A DNA stretch of 61,952 nt, counting the filler, from Hausera hauseri (taxonomy: Eukaryota), in the NCBI GenBank assembly GCA_046269625.1. It is 13 parts of 13 records of this genome, joined end to end, with 100 filler letters (N's around TTAATTAATTAA, not from the genome) between each part and the next. Parts side by side here need not be neighbours in the genome. Positions count along the whole stretch, not along the records: positions 56,778 to 61,952 come from JBJURY010315941.1; 12 more parts are not named here. One strand, given 5' to 3'. A program made the position numbers and the translations under genes. Below, one piece after another: positions 58,150-61,952 of this stretch. Positions within the stretch are counted from its first letter, which is position 1; every line of letters starts with the position of its first letter. Below the pieces are notes generated by a model that was not told the origin of the DNA, ran no database searches, and saw only the letters and a list, made by a program, of their open reading frames with translations.

Positions 58150-61100
58150 CCAGTGACATCACAGATAAGGTGACTACAAAATCCAAATCTACTGTCTACT
58201 ATCCAAAATCAAACCATCTAACTCCTCCAACCGATACTAGCTTTTTTATAAAACCCCTACAATTACACCCTCACATTGCTCTGAATACTTTACAGACAAT
58301 GGAAATTCTATTAAGACTTGGCTCCATTTCCATCAACTTTGGCTACAATCCAGCGGCATTACCAATTCGTTAACCAAAGCCCACATTCTACTTTACCTTA
58401 TACCAAAATCCATTAATACCTCAATCCACACATTACTGGGCATCTTCCAAAATCCTGACCCTTATACGCAATTGTTCAGTGTTGTATTAAAGCTAACAGA
58501 ACCATTAATTAACTCGATAATACAACGATTCTTTAATGAAAACGCAATGGGGACACAAAAACTTAGTGATTTCTTGCGCACCTCGTTGGCTCACTTACGT
58601 ACACTGAGTGTCACCAAGAAACACAATCCGGATCTACTCCGCAGATATTTTCTTAATGCCTTACCCATTCAGATTAGGGCTTTACTTACCGTTGTCGAGG
58701 ATTTTACAGCTTTAGATAAACTAGCTGAATTGGCCGATGAAGCAGGCGAAGTTTTACAAATAGAATTACAACCGATCATATCAGCCAAAATCACGACCGA
58801 TGACAGTCAGCGACATACATCTATTGAACACCAATTAAACCAGTTACGCGACGAAAATTCAGCACTACAACATACAGTTAGTAACATCAATGATAAGCTG
58901 AATGTCCTTTCCTCACATTGGTGGAATGCTTCCTCCCCTCATCGAACACGTTTTGTTTCAAGAAATTGAACACCGTCAACAACGCTGTCATTTATATGTT
59001 ATTATCATAACAAATTTAATAACAAAGCAAATAAATGCTCTTTAGGCTGTAGATTTTATTCCTCGTATTTACACTCGGATAACATTGTTTGCATCTATCG
59101 TGCAAAATTTGGATTTAATGTTCGAAATTGTATTTCAGGCTGTAACTATAAAACTAACAATAACTACACCACCTCTAATAGTAACCGCCCTAACTCACCA
59201 ATACAAAAAACTGATTTCGGCGCCAGTATTTGCGGCCGATCTGGCAAAGGCAACTTACCTAATTCCTTTTGTCGACACACTTCTTTTGCAGTTTTTACAC
59301 TAAAAGCTGCTATATCAACTTCTAACATTCAATCCATAGACTTTCTCATCGATACCGGTGCAGCGATATCATTACTACAACTTTCTTTTACGGTTCAGCA
59401 TTCTACACTTAAGGCAAATCCGTTATACACAGCCTCCGGTCAACCCCTTCATATTGCCGGAACTTGCAAATTATCTTTCACTATCACAAAATTTTTCTCA
59501 CCATTTTATTGGACGTTTACAGTCGCTAATGTCCAGGCCGCAATACTTGGCTCCGATTTCCTGTCACACTATAACTTGCTAGTCGATTGTAACCAACGAT
59601 GCCTGAAATCAAATACACCCGAATACTAAAGTGCAGTAATAGACAGCATTTCTACGACTGCACAACCAACAGTAAGTAGACATTCAATCTTAAAACAGTC
59701 AACACAACATCCTAATTCTCTTAACTATCACGTTTTACCTCGTAAGCTGTCTAAGGGCAATGTCGATAGTCAGTCACGGCTCAATGTCGTCACTCACGAT
59801 CTTGTGTCTTCAGTAAAATTACTATACAATAACACTTACTCAAACAAGGTCTCAGACACGACCATTCTGCACCAAACTCCACTTGTTTCGCCACCAGCAA
59901 TCAACCAACATTCACCAAATGCTGCTAGCAACATTGGTTTATCGTCACTTCCAATATTCTAGCAACTACCCGTAAGTTTACAACAATTTATCAATACTTT
60001 TTGTCCTCGTATATTTCAGAAAGATCGGAATTTCACCAAAAGGTCCGTCTATTGTCACCGAGTCGCAGGCAGGCAGTAGAGGCAGAATTTTTTGAACTCG
60101 AACAATCAGGTATTGTCCGTAGATCTAAATAATCTTGGTCTTCGCCTATCCACGTTATCCAAAATAAGATGGATCCTTCAGACCATGCGGCAATTACTAC
60201 AAGCTTAATACTTTAATAATAATGGATGCATATGCACTACCATTAATCAAAGACATATTACATCGGCTTAATTCTACTACAGTTTATTTAACAATTAATT
60301 TGGCCAAAGCATACCATCAAATTTTTGTCGCACCGGAAGACATCGAGAAAACTGCAGTTACTACACCTTTAGGTCTTTATGAGTACTTGTACATGGCTTT
60401 CGGTCTCTGGAATGCTTCGCAGACTTTTCAGCGATACGTTGACTCAATCCTTTCAGACTTCCTTTTTGCGCACCCATATATTGACGATGTCTTGGCTGCT
60501 TATTCTTATGTTAAACAAAACGAGGAACACTCACAATCTATCTTCCAACTACTTAATCAGTTCAATCTACAGATCAATTTTTAAAAGTGTACTTTCTTCC
60601 AAAAACGGGTTAATTTTCTTGGACATATTATCTCCTCAAGCGGCCATTCACCTCAGCCTGATCGAATTGAGACTCTTACAAACGTCCAACTACCTAAGAC
60701 AACAACAGAAATGCGCAGTTTTCTTGGTACCTTGCATTTGGTCCACAAATATATCCCATAGTGTTCAGAACTCACGGCAATTTTTGAACACTTAAGCGAA
60801 GTAAAAAAACACCAGAAAATCATAAAGACGCCACAACTGGTTAATAAGTTTGATAAGCTACGCGAAGGACTAAAGACTGTTGAAATACTAATATTTCTTA
60901 AGCCTGACGCTGAGCTAATTTTGACCACAGATGCATCAAACATTGCAGTAGGTGGGGTACTTCACCATTGTATACAGGAGAAAATCAGCCCCTAGAATTT
61001 TTTTCCCGAAAATTAACGTCACCTAAATCTAGATATTCAACTTTCGATCGAGAACTGCTGGCAATAGATTTTGCTTTAAAACATTTTTCTCACTTACAGC

Positions 61101-61952
61101 TCGTCATTTTGTTATACAGACTGATCGAAAACCGTTGATTAATATAATGGCAATAAAACATCCTTTAGCTCGGCAAGAACGACAAATTTCATATTTATCC
61201 AAGTTTAACTTCGACATTAAACACATCAACGGTGTTGACAATCTAGTTGCCAATTTTCTATCTAGATCAGTTGGTTAAATCAATTTTTTGTTAAATTTTA
61301 CTCAGACAAAACTTCAAGAAAATCAATTATCCCAAGACATTCTCAGGTCGTTTAAGTCTCACCACATCGATGACGGCGTTGCCTTAGATACTTCCAAACC
61401 AGGACAATTTAAAATATTTCTTGCCCCTTCTTTACGGAAAAAAACATTCGATAGTGTACATTAATTATATCATCCTGGTGCCAAGGCAACTTTTCGCTTA
61501 CTTCAACGTCAAGTAATTTGGCCGTCAGTGCGCTACCATGTGCAAGCATGGGTTAAAGAGTGCGTGGCTTGTCAGAAATATAAAACTATAAAACATTTAA
61601 AACCATCATTATACCACTTCCCTGCACATCGCGTTTTGAAACAGTACATATTGATATCGTTGGTCTTCTTTCAATAGACAACGGACACCAATTTATTTTG
61701 ACCATGAGGAATCCTTCCTCGCGATGGCCAGAAGCCATCCAACTGCGGAGCATAAATACTGACAATAGCCAATACTTTCATCCATACGTGGATTAGTAGG
61801 TTCGGGTCTCCTCGTTATATCATCTCAGACCAAGGTCCTCAATTTGAATCAAATCTGTTCAAATCCCTAGTCAATCGATTGGGAATTAGTCACATTCATA
61901 CAACGCCTTACCATCCCCAGTCGAATGGCCTTCTCAAACGTTTCCACCGAAC
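58150..61952 (+). mobile_element. Decayed Ty3/Gypsy element: gag-protease-RT-RNase H-integrase
   Basis: Gag ..MGTQKLSDFLR..FLNALP..LDKLAELAD, knuckle CYYHNKF..KANKCSLGC, protease FLIDTGAA, RT KTAVTTPLGLYEY..PYIDD, RNase H TTDASNIAVG, integrase HIDIVG, SDQGPQFES; many frameshifts; runs off window. Confidence 0.93.

Overview
AT-rich animal DNA assembled as 13 short contigs (about 4-7 kb each) joined by artificial 100-bp spacers (44 N + TTAATTAATTAA + 44 N), so adjacency across spacers is not biological evidence. Host genes: a divergent beta-catenin fragment, an essentially intronless ASCC3 helicase, and a 1449-aa disordered basic protein with 35-aa repeats. The rest is mostly decayed mobile DNA: several Polinton/Maverick pieces (major capsid, adenain-type protease, three different pPolB ends, AGTAG-terminated TIRs), a hAT/Buster and a Tc1 element, a BEL/Pao element, two copies plus an LTR of one ordinary Ty3/Gypsy family, an RTE fragment and a 40-bp minisatellite. 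The standout is an unusual Ty3/Gypsy-type retroelement seen in two complementary pieces (9012-12482 and 22548-25921). A chuvirus-like envelope glycoprotein lies upstream of, and in the same reading frame as, protease and the start of RT-RNase H. It follows an AT-hook-bearing basic domain and an internal signal peptide, and is preceded by a helical ORF1 that ends in a ubiquitin-like domain. A second oddity is a BEL element bracketed by outward-facing Polinton-like TIRs that share one 6-bp duplication (CGGGTC). All family assignments come from recognising motifs by eye; no searches were run.
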